Assembly: GCF_006345805.1 (NCBI RefSeq)
Contig: NC_043019.1
Location: 2,852,001-2,916,000, forward strand
From: Octopus sinensis
Lineage: Eukaryota
DNA: 64,000 nucleotides
Direction of reading: 5' to 3'
Of the stretch, positions 12,381 to 24,911 are shown piece after piece (the stretch's first letter is position 1; each line of letters begins with the position of its first letter). The notes beneath the pieces were generated by a model. The model saw only the letters and a program-made list of their open reading frames with translations, ran no database searches and was not told the origin of the DNA. Both the position numbers and the translations under genes were made by a program.

Positions 12381-12668
12381 CGGACATCGTTTGTTTCCCA
12401 GTCATGTGGTTTTGTATTCAGTCCCACTGTGTCATTTTGTGCAAGTGTCTTCTGTTATAGCCCTAGGCCGATCAAGATCTTAGTAGATTTGCAAGACAGA
12501 GGCTGGAAGAAGTCCAACATAGTTGTGTCCATGTCCCCACCTATCTTGACATCATGCAGTTCTTGTAAACAAGTCTCACTGTCACACAAACACTGCTCTT
12601 TGTTTCCAGTTTTCCATGGAAACGTGTCTGGTCAGAGAAACAGGTGAGGGTTGGCAACAGTAAGGACG

Positions 12669-12733
12669 TCTGGCTGTAGTTAATCTGGCTGTAGTTAATC
12701 TGGCTGTAGATAATTTGGCTGTAGATAATCTGG
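12669..12733. repeat. 15-bp tandem repeat (tctggctgtag[t/a]taa) x4 inside a family C-related fragment
   Basis: Direct read of four units. Confidence 0.85.
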
Positions 12734-13673
12734 TTCAATGAATCCTTTCTTAACCACACAAGCATTGAAAAGAGGATATCAAAATAATGATAATGATGAC
12801 TCGAGTTATAGCCTGCTCCAACACTATATTACAGTAACACTACAACTAGAATCTACAACTACTACACTATATTTATCATAGTAACACCACAAGTTAGAAC
12901 CTACTCTATTTCTGAATCTGGTTGCGATGCCATTATTCTAAACTGCTATTCTGCTGAAGTCAACTTTGCCTTTTATCATTTTGGGGTCAATACTATAAAG
13001 TACTAGTTGAACACTTGGGTCAACGTGATCAGCTTACCTTTCCCTTAAAATTGCTGGCCTTGTGCCAAACTTTGAACGCATTATTTTAAATTGCTTAACT
13101 GGTGAATAATTTTCATACAAAAACCTTATCCTTCCAAAGGTATTCCAAAATAGGGTTAGTACCGAGGCAGTGAAATAATACTGAAATATGGATTTTCTAC
13201 TGTAATCAGATCCCCACCCGCCGCTGCCTGTCTCCATTTAATTTTTAATCAATTTAAATTTCAGAATGCCTTCTTTTGCCTTCCTTACAAGAATTGTCAT
13301 TGATGTTGTATCATTGATGTTGTGTGATTTCAACTGATTTAAATTTCAAATTCCAATTGATTTAATAGTGAGCTAATGCTCCACTCTTAACATCGTCAAT
13401 TTTATATCACAATATCACTTCTCCCTGATAATTACTTTCACTTTAGCATAAATGTTTGTTTCTTTGTGAGGATGAAAGAGATTGTGCATATCGGTGGCAG
13501 CACTGGCTGCTGCTGCTGTTGTTGAGTTTATAAGAGTATCAGCTCGCATAGATATTTCATCTGTGGCACCAAAATCATGGGATTACACAGTTAAGGAGAG
13601 AGGTGTCATGTGATTGCTCTACCTCCTAGAAAGAGTAGTCAAATCTCTTTGAAATTAAGACCTGCTATATAAA

Positions 13674-13943
13674 CATCATCATTGTTCGTTCGTTTAACGT
13701 CCACTTTCCATGCTAGCATGGGTTGGACGATTTTGACTGAGGGCTGGCGAACCAGATGGCTGCACCAGGCTCCAATCTTGATCTGGCAGAGTTTCTACAG
13801 CTGGATGCCCTTCCTAACACCAACCACTCCGAGAGTGTAGTAGGTGCTTTTTACGTGCCACTGCATGGGGGCCAGTCAGGTGGTACTGGCAATGACCTCG
13901 CTCGAATCTTTTTACACATGCCAGTGAAGCGACTTTGGTAACG
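13674..13943 (-). mobile_element. Family C retroposon
   Basis: (cat)n...aacgtccactttccatgctagcatggg...ggatgcccttcctaacaccaacc. Confidence 0.85.
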
Positions 13944-16900
13944 AAAGAACAAATTAGATAATGTCTTGGAATCCACTAAAGAAGACAAGTACAGTCATAG
14001 TTGAGGGATCTGTGGTCAAAGATTTGTTTGGTCGAAATTGATTTGGACCAATAACATGAAATCTGTGAAGGCTTAATCCACAATCATAAACCTTACAAAA
14101 TATATTACAGGGAACAGTTAGGAATTAAAGATACTGATTCACACACTTCTTACTTTGAGCGCTTAATTCCAAGTGGTCTGACCATGTTCCTATGAACTCG
14201 TCACCCTTGAAGAAAATTAAATCTGTGCATCCATTTCTCCCCACCCCATCTCTCTCTCACACACACACCATCACCATAACATGTACTTTTTCATACTTGT
14301 ATAGGTTAGATAGACAGACAGACGGACATACATACATACAGACAGACAGGTTCATTGGTTTTGTTGAGAAAGAGTAAAACTTATGCTCTGGCTCCTTCTC
14401 TCATAATTTTACCTATCTTTTTGCTGCTCATCTCTTAACATAAAACGAACCCCACTCTGGGGTTTGTGTTCTTCCAAGCTTCATGGTGACCTCATTAGTA
14501 TTGGTGTTATAAAGGGCATCCAGCCATAGAAACTATGCCAAAGCAAATACTTGAACATGATGCAGTCCTTGGAACTCATCAGATCCTGTGAACCATCAAA
14601 CTTATGCCAGCATGGAACCTGGGCAATAAATGACGATGATAATAAAATTATTGTCTTTGCATGTTTCTTTTGGCTACTGGATATATTCTCCATATTTTCC
14701 AGGACATTCACCGAATTCACTTTGTGGAAATTCCCCTCTCACTCTCCTAAAGAACCTTTTCAGATTGTATCATATATAAAGTGTATTCGATGGTGTATGT
14801 TACGATATGTATGTGAAAAGAGAGAAAGAAGGAATTTAGGCCTTATTTTCATCAGCGTTGTTTGATATAAAAGTAAAAATTAAAACTGAATTTGTGATGT
14901 TTATCATTAGCGATGTGTTAGTTACTCGTGAGCTGATTTCTCCTTAAACATTAATATCTAAAGAATTAACTCCTATTCATCTCAAATGAAGCAGAATACA
15001 AATTCAGTTGAGGAGGTAACTTTCATTTCTCTGCTGTCAGAAGGAAAAAAAATATGCTATTGAGATAATAATTACCCCATCTAATGCACCTTTTCTAATG
15101 CAGTTGTGCATTTGAAAGAAATGCAGCTGCATTTCCTATCAATGTAGATAATAAAAACACATGTCTTCAGGATATTAAACCTGTTTGGTTTCATAACTGC
15201 ATATTTCTTCAGTTCTTTGAAGAAGGAAAACCCTTTATGATGAATGGTGATTGATAGATGGTTCCAAGAAAATAATAGAATATAAATTCAAAAGCTTGTT
15301 TACTGTATTTCACCAACAGTCGGTAGAGTTTAATGTATTTTAACACCACAAGCTCTCTATAATATCTTCCACTGCGAACACAATCATTTGCAGACATTCA
15401 GTCTGAGATGCTTCTTAGCATAATGTCATTTAAATAAAAAAAAAACACTTTTTAAATGTTCAATTTTCATCACAGACTGTTATTACATGTTCAACTGCTT
15501 TAGTTAACATTTACGATAATTTATCTAACTCTAACTAGTCATCAAGTAATGTTTGACGAAAAGGGAAAAAAATAATAATAATAAATAAAAATAAAATACA
15601 AAAACGAATGGAAATACAGACTACACTTTTCACTCTGTTAACTGCTTCAAATTACTTTTCTGCCATCATGTGATATCTTATTATTCATTTTCTTATTTTA
15701 AAAGTACCCCATCCTCTCTTTCTTGCTCTCTTTCTCTCTCAGATGTAAAGAAAGCCAATTGCTTTTTTTTTTTTTTTTCAATATTATGCATATCAGTTCA
15801 TCTTTTAAATTTTATTTGTGACTATTTCAATATAGCATTATTTTCTGCTATAGTTCTGTGCACACACACACACTCATTAATATATGATGATTATCTCATA
15901 GCTAAAATATAAAGATATATTGACGCTGTATAGCACAATATATTTTTGAGGAATACTTCATGTTAAATGTTGCTGATTTGCACAAGAGGAATATTGGTTG
16001 TTTTGTAACAAAGTCTGGTATATTTTTTTAACTTAGCATAAATGATATGAACTATTTTCATCCCATTTTCACATTGCAGTCAACTGCACATTTATTATTC
16101 ACCTTTTTTCTCTCTTTTTTCTTCTTCTTACAACTTTCAAATCATCTAAAAGTAACCTCTGATGTTATATGTGATAAGTTTAATTTTTTTTCTCTTTCCA
16201 TATCATTTCTAATTTTCATTCTCTTTTTCTTTATTCTCTATTTTTCAAATAATCTTTCCTTTATGTTTTGAATAGTCAAAAATATATCGCAGTCATTCTT
16301 AGTACAACCGTTTCATTAGTTACCTAGTTATAACTTAAATGTTACTACATTGATCCACCCCAGGTTTTCTTTTTCTTCCGACTAATTTAACTTCTTGATT
16401 CCATTACTCATTTGGTTCCATGCTCTAAAAGACTTCTAAATCCACAGGAGTAAGCCAGAGTAGTTTGTTTTATTTCCATTTTTTTTTTTTAACATTTTAC
16501 TAAAATAATCTATTGTTCTTTAAATAAATCTCCTACTGCAAATTAGCTTTCTTTTATCCAACATAGAAATAGGTTAATTATTTTTAAGCTTTATTAATCT
16601 CTCTTTCTTTCCTTCTCTCTCTGTCTTTCCTATTTTGTCTCTCATTCTTTATTCTTCTCCTTCTATCTCTATCTCTCACACATTTTTCTTTGATTATATA
16701 TGCTATTTCATAACAAATCTGTATAATTATTATCACTTTTTTTTCTTTTCTTATTTTTGTTTTATGATAGTCTGATACTTTATTGATGAAAAGCCAGCGG
16801 AATTTAGTTAACTTGTATTTCTTTCTGAAATAGTTCTTCAGTCTTTGGTAGTTCTGCAGAGCTATCAAAGATTAATACTTTAATCTTTGATAGTTCTTCA

Positions 16901-17394
16901 GATTTTGGTTTGATATTCTGAAGCAAGCATGGTGTAAGCATAGCAATGTGGTTAAGAAATTCACTTTGCAATCATAACATTCTGAGTTCAATCCCACTAT
17001 ATGACCCTTACGCAAGTGTCTTTAACCATAACCTTGAGTTAGCCAAAACCTTGCATGTCAGATTTTGTTGATAGAAACATATGGAAAAGGCTTGTTTGCT
17101 AAATATGAATGAAACCTGTATATTGCTTCTGATTGAGTAGATCAATAATCAAAGGATTTCCAACAATGACCACCCTCTATTTCTAGAGACATCCCTCAGA
17201 GACTATATGATTTCATATTCTTCCTTCTGTTTTTTTGTTTTTTTTATGAAGATATAAGGAGCTTTTGCCTGCTGTTTCTAACAGGTTGAATAACTATGTT
17301 GATTCTCCCTTACTGGCTCATTCAGGTATTAATGAGTTTGTCTTACAACAACATAAAGAATAAATTCACAAATTTGGGTGTAATAGAGGCTTTC

Positions 17395-17455
17395 TGAAAC
17401 TGTAGAGAGCACATACTGTGCAAGATATGCAGACAGAAACTGAAAGAAGCCTATC

Positions 17456-17486
<31 letters not shown>

Positions 17487-17690
17487 CATACATGTTTGTG
17501 TTAGTCACCAGCATTGCTTCACAACTGGTGTTTGTTTATGTCCCTGTAACTTAGCCATTTGCCAAAAAGAGACCGATAGAATTAGCACCAGTCTTAAAAA
17601 ATTAAGTACTGGGATCAATTTATTCAACTAATCACTTCAAGGTGGTGCCCAGAATGGTCGCAGTCCAATGACTGAAGCAAAAGATTGGTT
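17395..17690 (+). mobile_element. SINE family A, 5'-truncated
   Basis: gaaactgaaagaagcc(tg)n...gagaccgatagaat. Confidence 0.7.
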
Positions 17691-18028
17691 CAATAATGAC
17701 AAGATGGAGAAGTTTAATAGGGAAAGTTACACCTTTCTCATTTGCTTATTAAAAATAATTTCTTTGAAACGATTGCATTTATTTGAAGAATAGAATCAAA
17801 CATAATTACTTCTTTCAGATCCTTTGTATTATATTAGATTTTTAATTTCCATTACCTTTGGGTAATATTAATTTTTTTTTTTTTTCGATCTCCTACCAAT
17901 AAAAATTGATTATGTTTCAATATTGTTTAAACGCTAAAATAATTTATATGCACAGGTATTAGAAGAAGAAATGATTTTGAAAAAAGATTACTTTTAAGAT
18001 ACATAAAATTCTTATCAACTTTACTTAA

Positions 18029-18241
18029 CCCTTTAGTGTTTGGATTAATTTACCAAATTCAATGCTTATGTAGTCACATTGTTTTGAATTAATCTTGCAT
18101 TATCTCATAGCTTTGGGATTTCAATGGTGTGATTGTTTATTCTACAACATAGGGTAGGTGTGAGAGACCAGATCTGGCCAGTTTGAACTTTAAACAGGTA
18201 GGATATATGGGCCAGATATGGGCGTTTTAAAAGCTAAAGGG
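18029..18241. mobile_element. piggyBac-like MITE
   Basis: TTAA at 18025-18028 and 18242-18245 flanking TIRs ccctttag / ctaaaggg; related pieces at about 25880-26083, 57484-57555 and 62330-62490. Confidence 0.75.
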
Positions 18242-18524
18242 TTAAATATAGTGAAAGAAGCAGTAAAATCTAATGTTATCAATAGAATATTGCCATTTTT
18301 TTTAACCTTTAGCATGCTGTAGATGCATCATGTTGCTGAATGAGTTTTTTCTCCTCTCAATGTGACACAATGGGACTGAAGTTACAGGAGAGCAAAATAG
18401 TACAGTACCATGATCTGCCTAAGTGTGCTAAGAACAAGACAGACAGTCTTGGCTGACATGATACACGTAGCGGATTGAACTAGTAGAATAGCTGGATGAT
18501 GAGGGTATATGGAACCCCACAGGA

Positions 18525-18745
18525 TTAATCATGATTTCAAATTTTTGTGCAAGGGTAACAAGTTTAGGAGAAGGGTTAGTGAATACCATCAATCCCAGCA
18601 TTAAGTTGCTACGTATATTATTGATCCTGAGAGGATGAAATGTAAAGTCAGTCCCAGTGGAATTTGAACTCAGAACATATAGCACTGGACGAAATGCTGC
18701 TAAGCATTATGATAAACATGCCAACAATTCCGGCACCTTGTTACC
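18525..18745 (-). mobile_element. SINE family B, diverged
   Basis: ggaatttgaactcagaac...gaaatgctgctaagcatt. Confidence 0.65.
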
Positions 18746-18885
18746 GTTCAGGATTAATAATAAACTTATAAAAATAGTAGAAGAGCATCTCACAAAAGAG
18801 ACAAATAATTATTCTTGAAGAGGATAGATGCCACTATGTTGTCTACCCATTGAAACACTGTATGATGATAGAACAGAACTCACAT

Positions 18886-19313
18886 AGGTGTAGGTGTGGC
18901 TGTGTGGTAAGTAGCTTGCTTACCAACCATATGGTCCCAGGTTCAGTTCCACTGCGTGGCACCTTGGGCAAGAGTCTTCTGCTATAGCCTCGGGTCGACC
19001 AAAGCCTTGTGAGTGGATTTGGTAGATGGAAACTGCAAGAAGCCCGTCGTATAAATATATATATATATGTGTGTGTGTGTGTGTATGTATATGTTTATGT
19101 GTCTGTGTTTGTGTCCCCCCCCAAAAAAACATCGCTTGACAACCGATGCTGGTGTGTTTACGTCCCCGTAACTTAGTGGTTCGGCAAAGAGAGACCGATA
19201 GAATAAGTACTAGGCTTACAAAGAATAAGTCCTGGGGTCGATTTGCTCGAGTAAAGGCGGTGCTCCAGCATGGCCACAGTCACGTGACTGAAACAAGTAA
19301 AAGAAAGAAAGAA
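18886..19313 (+). mobile_element. SINE family A, full length
   Basis: Complete head, microsatellite and tail. Confidence 0.9.
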
Positions 19314-19399
19314 ATACCATATTAGATCAGTCAAGGACCATTGGCTGTAAAGTGGACAAGAGTAGGTTGCATCTCCTACTGTGAATTTTGTTTGGTTGA

Positions 19400-19600
19400 T
19401 TAACTGCTAACAACAGAAGGCCTAGGTGTTGACCACAAGTGAGATGGTTGAATGATGTCTATAGTCTCAGTTAGTCACACTTGAGAATCCAGCTGGAAAA
19501 TTTAATGATGGTTGCTTCTGATAGGACCCTATGGACTCTAGCCCTGACCCTACCAGGAAGAGCAGGAAATGAAAATGGATCGATTGATTGTATGAATAGA
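19400..19600 (+). mobile_element. RTE-clade LINE 3' end relic
   Basis: Translates approximately RPQVRWLNDVYSLS*SHLRIQLENLMMVASDRTLW, followed by a gaccct...aaaatggat tail. Confidence 0.55.
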
Positions 19601-19729
19601 CACTGAATTATAATTCAGGTATCCTTAATACCTTTCAATTTACACAACCTGGAGCATTGAACTTCATTCTGTGATAAGAGAATGAAATAGTTTTAAAAGT
19701 TAATTCATTATTATTTCTATCACATAAGA

Positions 19730-19945
19730 CAGCAAGCTGGCAGAATCTTTAGCACGCCGGGCAAAATGCTCAGCGGTATTCTGGCTGTCTTCATGTCCTG
19801 CATTCAAATTCCACGGAGGTCAACTTTGTCTTTTATCCTTTCAGGGTCAATAAAATAAGTACCTGTTACACACTGGGGTTGATGTAATTGACTCTCATCC
19901 CCTCCCCCAAAATTTCAAACCTTGTGCCTTTAGTAGAAAAGATTA
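19730..19945 (+). mobile_element. SINE family B monomer
   Basis: Head, core and tail 2 (ccctcccccaaaatttc...cttgtgcc). Confidence 0.8.
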
Positions 19946-20537
19946 TTACTTCTATCACACAGTCTGATTTCTCTGATTTGGATTATTTTTAAAGAAAATA
20001 ATCTTAATCTTCAGCACATGATTAAGCAAGTATTTCCAATTCAAAATGTTATATATTCTTTGTACTCTTCTCTCAAACAACATAATGCTTATGTTGCATA
20101 TTCTTTTGGTTACAATGCTTATAAGCTGATGGTGGTGATCCTTTTAAACCCAGCTGGTTAAAATTAAAATTTTTTTCCTAATAATCCTGTTACATTTAAA
20201 ATGTAAGCATGTATATCAGTTTTAGGTAAATGCTTATAGGTAAGCAGCTTATTTTACCAATATATTTACAAAGCCAGGAGTTTAATACAATATAACTTAA
20301 AATTTCAAAATATACTTATTAAAATTAGGTTGATAAAATGAAATTAGAAATTTTGCTTTCACATTAATGGCTATTTTGTTGTTGAATTTCGGAAGAGAAT
20401 TGCTTTATAAGAGAGACACAGTGTGTGCTCTTTAAGGAATTGCAAACAGCTCTCATATCTTCACCGATTCTGTTTCTCTTGTTTGCTTTTACATTATTTA
20501 ATGCTATAAATATTAAATAGAAATTGTAGTTGTGATA

Positions 20538-20858
20538 CCTGTGCCAGTGGCATGTAAGAAGCACCATCCGAACATGGCCGATGCCAGCGCTGCCTTGACT
20601 GGCTTCTGTGCAGGTGGCACATAAAAAGCACCAACCAATCGTGGCTGCTGCCAGCCTCCCCTGGCACCTGTGCCGGTGGCACATAAAAAGCACCCACTAC
20701 ACTCACAGAGTGGTTGGTGTCAGGAAGGGCATCCAGCTGTAGAAACACTGCCAGATCAGACTAGAGCCTGGTGCAGCTTCCTGGCTTCCCAGACCCCGGT
20801 CGAACCGTCCAACCCGTGTTAGCATGGAAAACGGGCGTTAAACGATGATGATGATGAT
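20538..20858 (+). mobile_element. Family C retroposon with three internal modules
   Basis: Repeated ggca(c/t)(a/g)taa(a/g)aagcacc units, (GAT)n tail. Confidence 0.85.
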
Positions 20859-21220
20859 AAACAATATTTAACATGAATATGTTGATGAGAAAATGGCTGA
20901 GTTGTTAGTGTTTTTACAAAAATTTTGAAGATATCAAAATTTTGGGAATGCATTTCGACACTCTCAAAAGTCTGCAGTCTGAATACGTATTCATGATTAC
21001 TTGCACACATTGCCATTCTTTTAAATTAGCACTGAGTGTAATTAATCTTTGCTTCCAAATAGGGTTAGATTGGAAGTCAACTAATTGCAGGTCTCTTGAA
21101 TACAACCATTCAAAAGTACTTAATTTCAGATCTGTAAAACCTGCTTCATCAAGGTCGTTCATGAATTGTATTATCTTCTCTAACTCATTTAACTGAACAA
21201 GCCTTGAAAAAATATATATA

Positions 21221-21513
21221 TATCTGTACAATAATATGTTACATTACTCGATAGTCAAGATAAAACTCTGAGTTTCAGATGCCGAAGTGGGAATCCACGA
21301 CATCTCTTCGGTTATCTGGCTATTTTTTTTTTTTTCATAGCGGTTTCAAATAGCCAGATAACCGAAGAGATGTTGTGGATTCCCACTTCGGCATCTGAAA
21401 CTCAGAGTTTTATCTTGACTATCGAGTAATGTAACATATTATTGTATAGATAAATTTCCTCTATTTACATAATATTGAGGTCTCTTTCTTTCTTTTGTTA
21501 TCTTACCGTTTTA

Positions 21514-21517
<4 letters not shown>
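21221..21517. mobile_element. Penelope-like foldback element with 105-bp inverted arms, flanked by (TA)n
   Basis: Arms 21221-21325 / 21348-21452 match at 103 of 105 positions around a 22-nt spacer; tail shared with 8943-9011. Confidence 0.75.
21356..21415 (+). ncRNA. Type I hammerhead-like motif (core CCGAAGA, GUU site); mirror copy on minus at 21258-21317
   Basis: AGAUAA CCGAAGA GAUGUUG(loop)CGGCAUC U GAAA CUC a GAG UU UUAUCU; 6-bp stem I, 7-bp stem II, 4-bp stem III with 1-nt loop. Confidence 0.65.
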
Positions 21518-21555
<38 letters not shown>

Positions 21556-22796
21556 ATTATTGTAAACTGTTTTATGTTGTTCAAGATTCTTAAAGATGGT
21601 TTCTTAAAAAAAAAAATTCTTTGCCTTTGAGAATTAATAGAAACTTTTACTTTCTAAATCATTTTGAAATATGTTGAGTTGACTCTCGAAACTTTTGATC
21701 ATTTCAAACATCACATCAATAGAATTTCTATAGCTTCACATTTTGATATAAAGTTCATTCACATCCATGGAAACACATAAGTTTATTGAACCAAGCAAAG
21801 TTATTTAGCTGAGGACAATCATGCTGTATGCTTCTCATGTAAAAATAGTCTGGTTTCACTTAAACGTTCAACTAACTGTTCAAGTATTTGGCCATGACTC
21901 AACCATTGAACATTATTGTACATTTGTAAATCACTGTAAACTGATACAGTTTATTCAAAAGTAAATTCAATTCTTGTTTATGCAAAGCCCTGGCGGCTAC
22001 CAAATTGACTACCTTTGTTACTACACTCATCACATCATTGAAATCTTTGAAAGTTACTTTTGGGCACAGCACTTCCTGGTGTCTCACAAATACACTGAAA
22101 AGCAACAACTAGATGAATAACAGCTTTTGTTCACTGATTTACAAAACCTTCACTTTGGCCTACGAATATTCGGAGCCTATCAGTCAGCCAAAACTTTTTT
22201 TGTGAAATGTATTTGTGTTGCATGATACAATTTAACAACAGATTCACTTATGTTTTTCCTGGCATGTTTTGAGGCAAATTCTCTAACTTAATCAACTTTT
22301 CATGAATAGAATCACCATGAAAATGTCATGTGATAATGCTTAGTCAAACTGATGACATAATGTCTGTGATTGCATCAAGACAAATAAAGAAAAAGTTGCA
22401 AGTGTTTAAGTGTTCTTGAATCTGGTTTTCTGTTATCATTCACTTCTGCCATCTCTTTTTCTTTAAAAGTAATTCTGATTATTGCTAAATCATTTATATC
22501 CTTTATAATAGGATTCTATAAAAGTCAGTCGGTAAATAAAAAATGGTGCCTGTTTAACAGAAGCTGCTAGAATAAACTCACCTTCACCTAATGATTTTCT
22601 ATAATGAGGCATGTGATCACATGACTGACCAGACTATCAGATGTTATCATACATTGTTGGTTACAATGCACTTTGCATTCATTTTATCTTTTGAATGATG
22701 TCACCCCACTGGCTAGGCAAGAAGACCAACATCAAAAGGAAGACTGAAGCAATGTGAAATTAAATGTTTTGCTCAAGAACACAAAACCCCGCCCAA

Positions 22797-22965
22797 TCAT
22801 CATCATCGTTTAACATCCGTTTTCCATGCTAGCATGGGTTGGACAGTTCGACCAGGGTCTGGGAAGCTAGGAGGCTTCACCAGGCTCCAGTCTGATCTGA
22901 CAGTGTTTCTACAGGAAAGATGCCTTTCCTAATGCTAACCACTCCGTGAGTGGTAGTCCAACCAC
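22797..22965 (-). mobile_element. Family C retroposon nested in a family D SINE
   Basis: Family D core lies to the left (22700-22795) and its tRNA head to the right (22966-23035). Confidence 0.75.
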
Positions 22966-23182
22966 TCCGGGAATCAAACCCATGATCTGGCAATCGTAAG
23001 TGCAACAGCCTAGCCACTAAGCCATGCCCCTTCACAATGATAATAGCAATAGTATGTGAAATATTAAAACGTGGTCCTCAACTGTTTATTCCAGGATCAG
23101 CTGATACTTAGTGATACACACACACATGTATGTATATATATATATGTATGTATGTATATGTATGTATGTATGTATATGTATG

Positions 23183-23213
<31 letters not shown>

Positions 23214-23682
23214 GTATGTGTATATATATATATATATATATATACATACATAAATATACATACATACATGTGTGTGTGTGTGTGTATATGTATGAGAAAA
23301 TAATTTTTTTTCACATGAACAGAATTATAAAGAAAAGAAGTTGAAAACACACATGGTCTTGAAGATTTATTTACATTTTTAGTTTTAAGAGGAAAGTCGT
23401 ATTTTTACTCAAATAGGTAATTACACTTCTTAAAACTCCTGGAAAGAAATTATAAATAAAGAAAACTAATTTATATCTAAATTGATAGTACAAATGTTGT
23501 TTTCACAAAATAAATATTTTACTAAGACGGATAATCATGTTTTCTCTGTTTATGCTTGTAATTTTCTACATATCTTCCTCACTAACACCATTTCAGTACC
23601 ACAACTGTGATGCTTGTTTACTTCTCTTGTAAAAAGAAAAAAATATCCTATAACTTAGTAATCATGTCAGTTTTGATGTATA

Positions 23683-24911
23683 CAGAAATGACAGAAGTAA
23701 ATAGACACACTTATAGTCATTGAAATTTATTTCAATCTGAAATTGTACAATCAAATTATTTATTAATTGTTATAATGTGAATATTTGATATTTGATAGAC
23801 ATGCCCTTTGCATTTTTCAGTGCAAGGACCCTATTAGGCATGTTACTGATCGGATGACGAATATTCTCTTGCGGAATTTCTTATCAAGTTTCATGATCTA
23901 ATCTCAAAAGATCTGGCTTTGAAGATGCTTTCTTACTCTTTTTATGAAGTGTCCTGTCCTTTATGTCCCAGAGGAGTTCAATAGGGTTGATATCTGGTGA
24001 CTGGCTTGGCCATGGAAGCTTTTTAATGCATTCTCATCCAAAAAGTCTTGGGTCATTTTAGCCATATGACAAGGATAAATAAATAAAGAGTCTTCTTCAA
24101 CCATTTCACCACTGGAGAAGATTGGAAGGAGTCCTTTCTGCAATATGGACACATATTTATCTGAGTTTATGTTTCCTTCACACTCCACCAGCTCTGATCA
24201 AACTTTGCTTCAAATTGCTCCCTGACCTTCACAGAATAGCTGCCATGTTTCATTGTTGGCTGCAATCTTTTCACATAAAATTCTTGATCACAGAGTCTCC
24301 AGACCCACACTCGGCCACTGTCAGGAAATACAGCAAATATCGACTCATCAGAGAATATGACAGTGTCCCAAAACACTAGTGCCCTCTCCACCATGTCACT
24401 GGCCCAATCTTCTTTTCTCTGATTGATGCTGGCTTGTCAAAGAAGCGGATTCCTTCTTGCTGCTCTGCCATAGTAACCAAGTTTGTGGAGATACCTGACA
24501 ACTGTTCTGGGACTGACATCAACTTGTTCTGCTATGTCAGAGGCTTGGCAATGAGGATTATCCTCCAAACTTCTCTTAACAAAGAGAAGGGTCTTGTCAG
24601 AGGCACCTAGTTGATCTGGGCGAGGTGATGTGTACTTCTTCCCCTCTTTGGTGAATTGCACAATCACTCTATTAACTGTCGAAAGCAGAATCTTAAGGTT
24701 TTCTGCGACTTTATACTACGTTCACCTTCAGAATGACCCACAATACAGCATCTTTGAAATTCAGACAGTTCCAAGGCCTCTTTTGTACATGACATGATTA
24801 AACAGTCACATATAGAACCTGAAACATAAAAATGTCAATTAATAAAAAATGTAAATCTTTACAAGTTAGAATAAACATATGGGGTGTCTATATACTTCTG
24901 TCATATCTATG
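23683..24911 (-). mobile_element. Full-span decayed Tc1 (DD34E-type) transposon
   Basis: Imperfect TIRs cagaaatgacagaagtaaatagacac (23683-23708) and the reverse complement of 24884-24911, each flanked by TA; transposase pieces VSPRTVVRYLHKLGYYGRAARRNPLL, VIFSDES, INSDKYVSILQ, GQSPDINPIE. Confidence 0.9.

Larger units (their letters stand above)
20865..22560 (-). pseudogene. Decayed hAT (SPIN/Charlie, GTF2IRD2-like) transposase, interrupted by a Penelope-like foldback
   Basis: Minus fragments: ICLDAITDI (FSLALDESTD-like), RHQEVLCPK...VMSVVTKVVNLVAARALH, and C-terminal FPKF...AIFSSTYSC dimerisation-domain motif; many stops. Confidence 0.75.

Noticed and set aside
15118-15135. Perfect 18-bp palindrome gaaatgcagctgcatttc
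   Set aside because: About one 9-bp-arm palindrome is plausible by chance in 64 kb of AT-rich DNA; no other support
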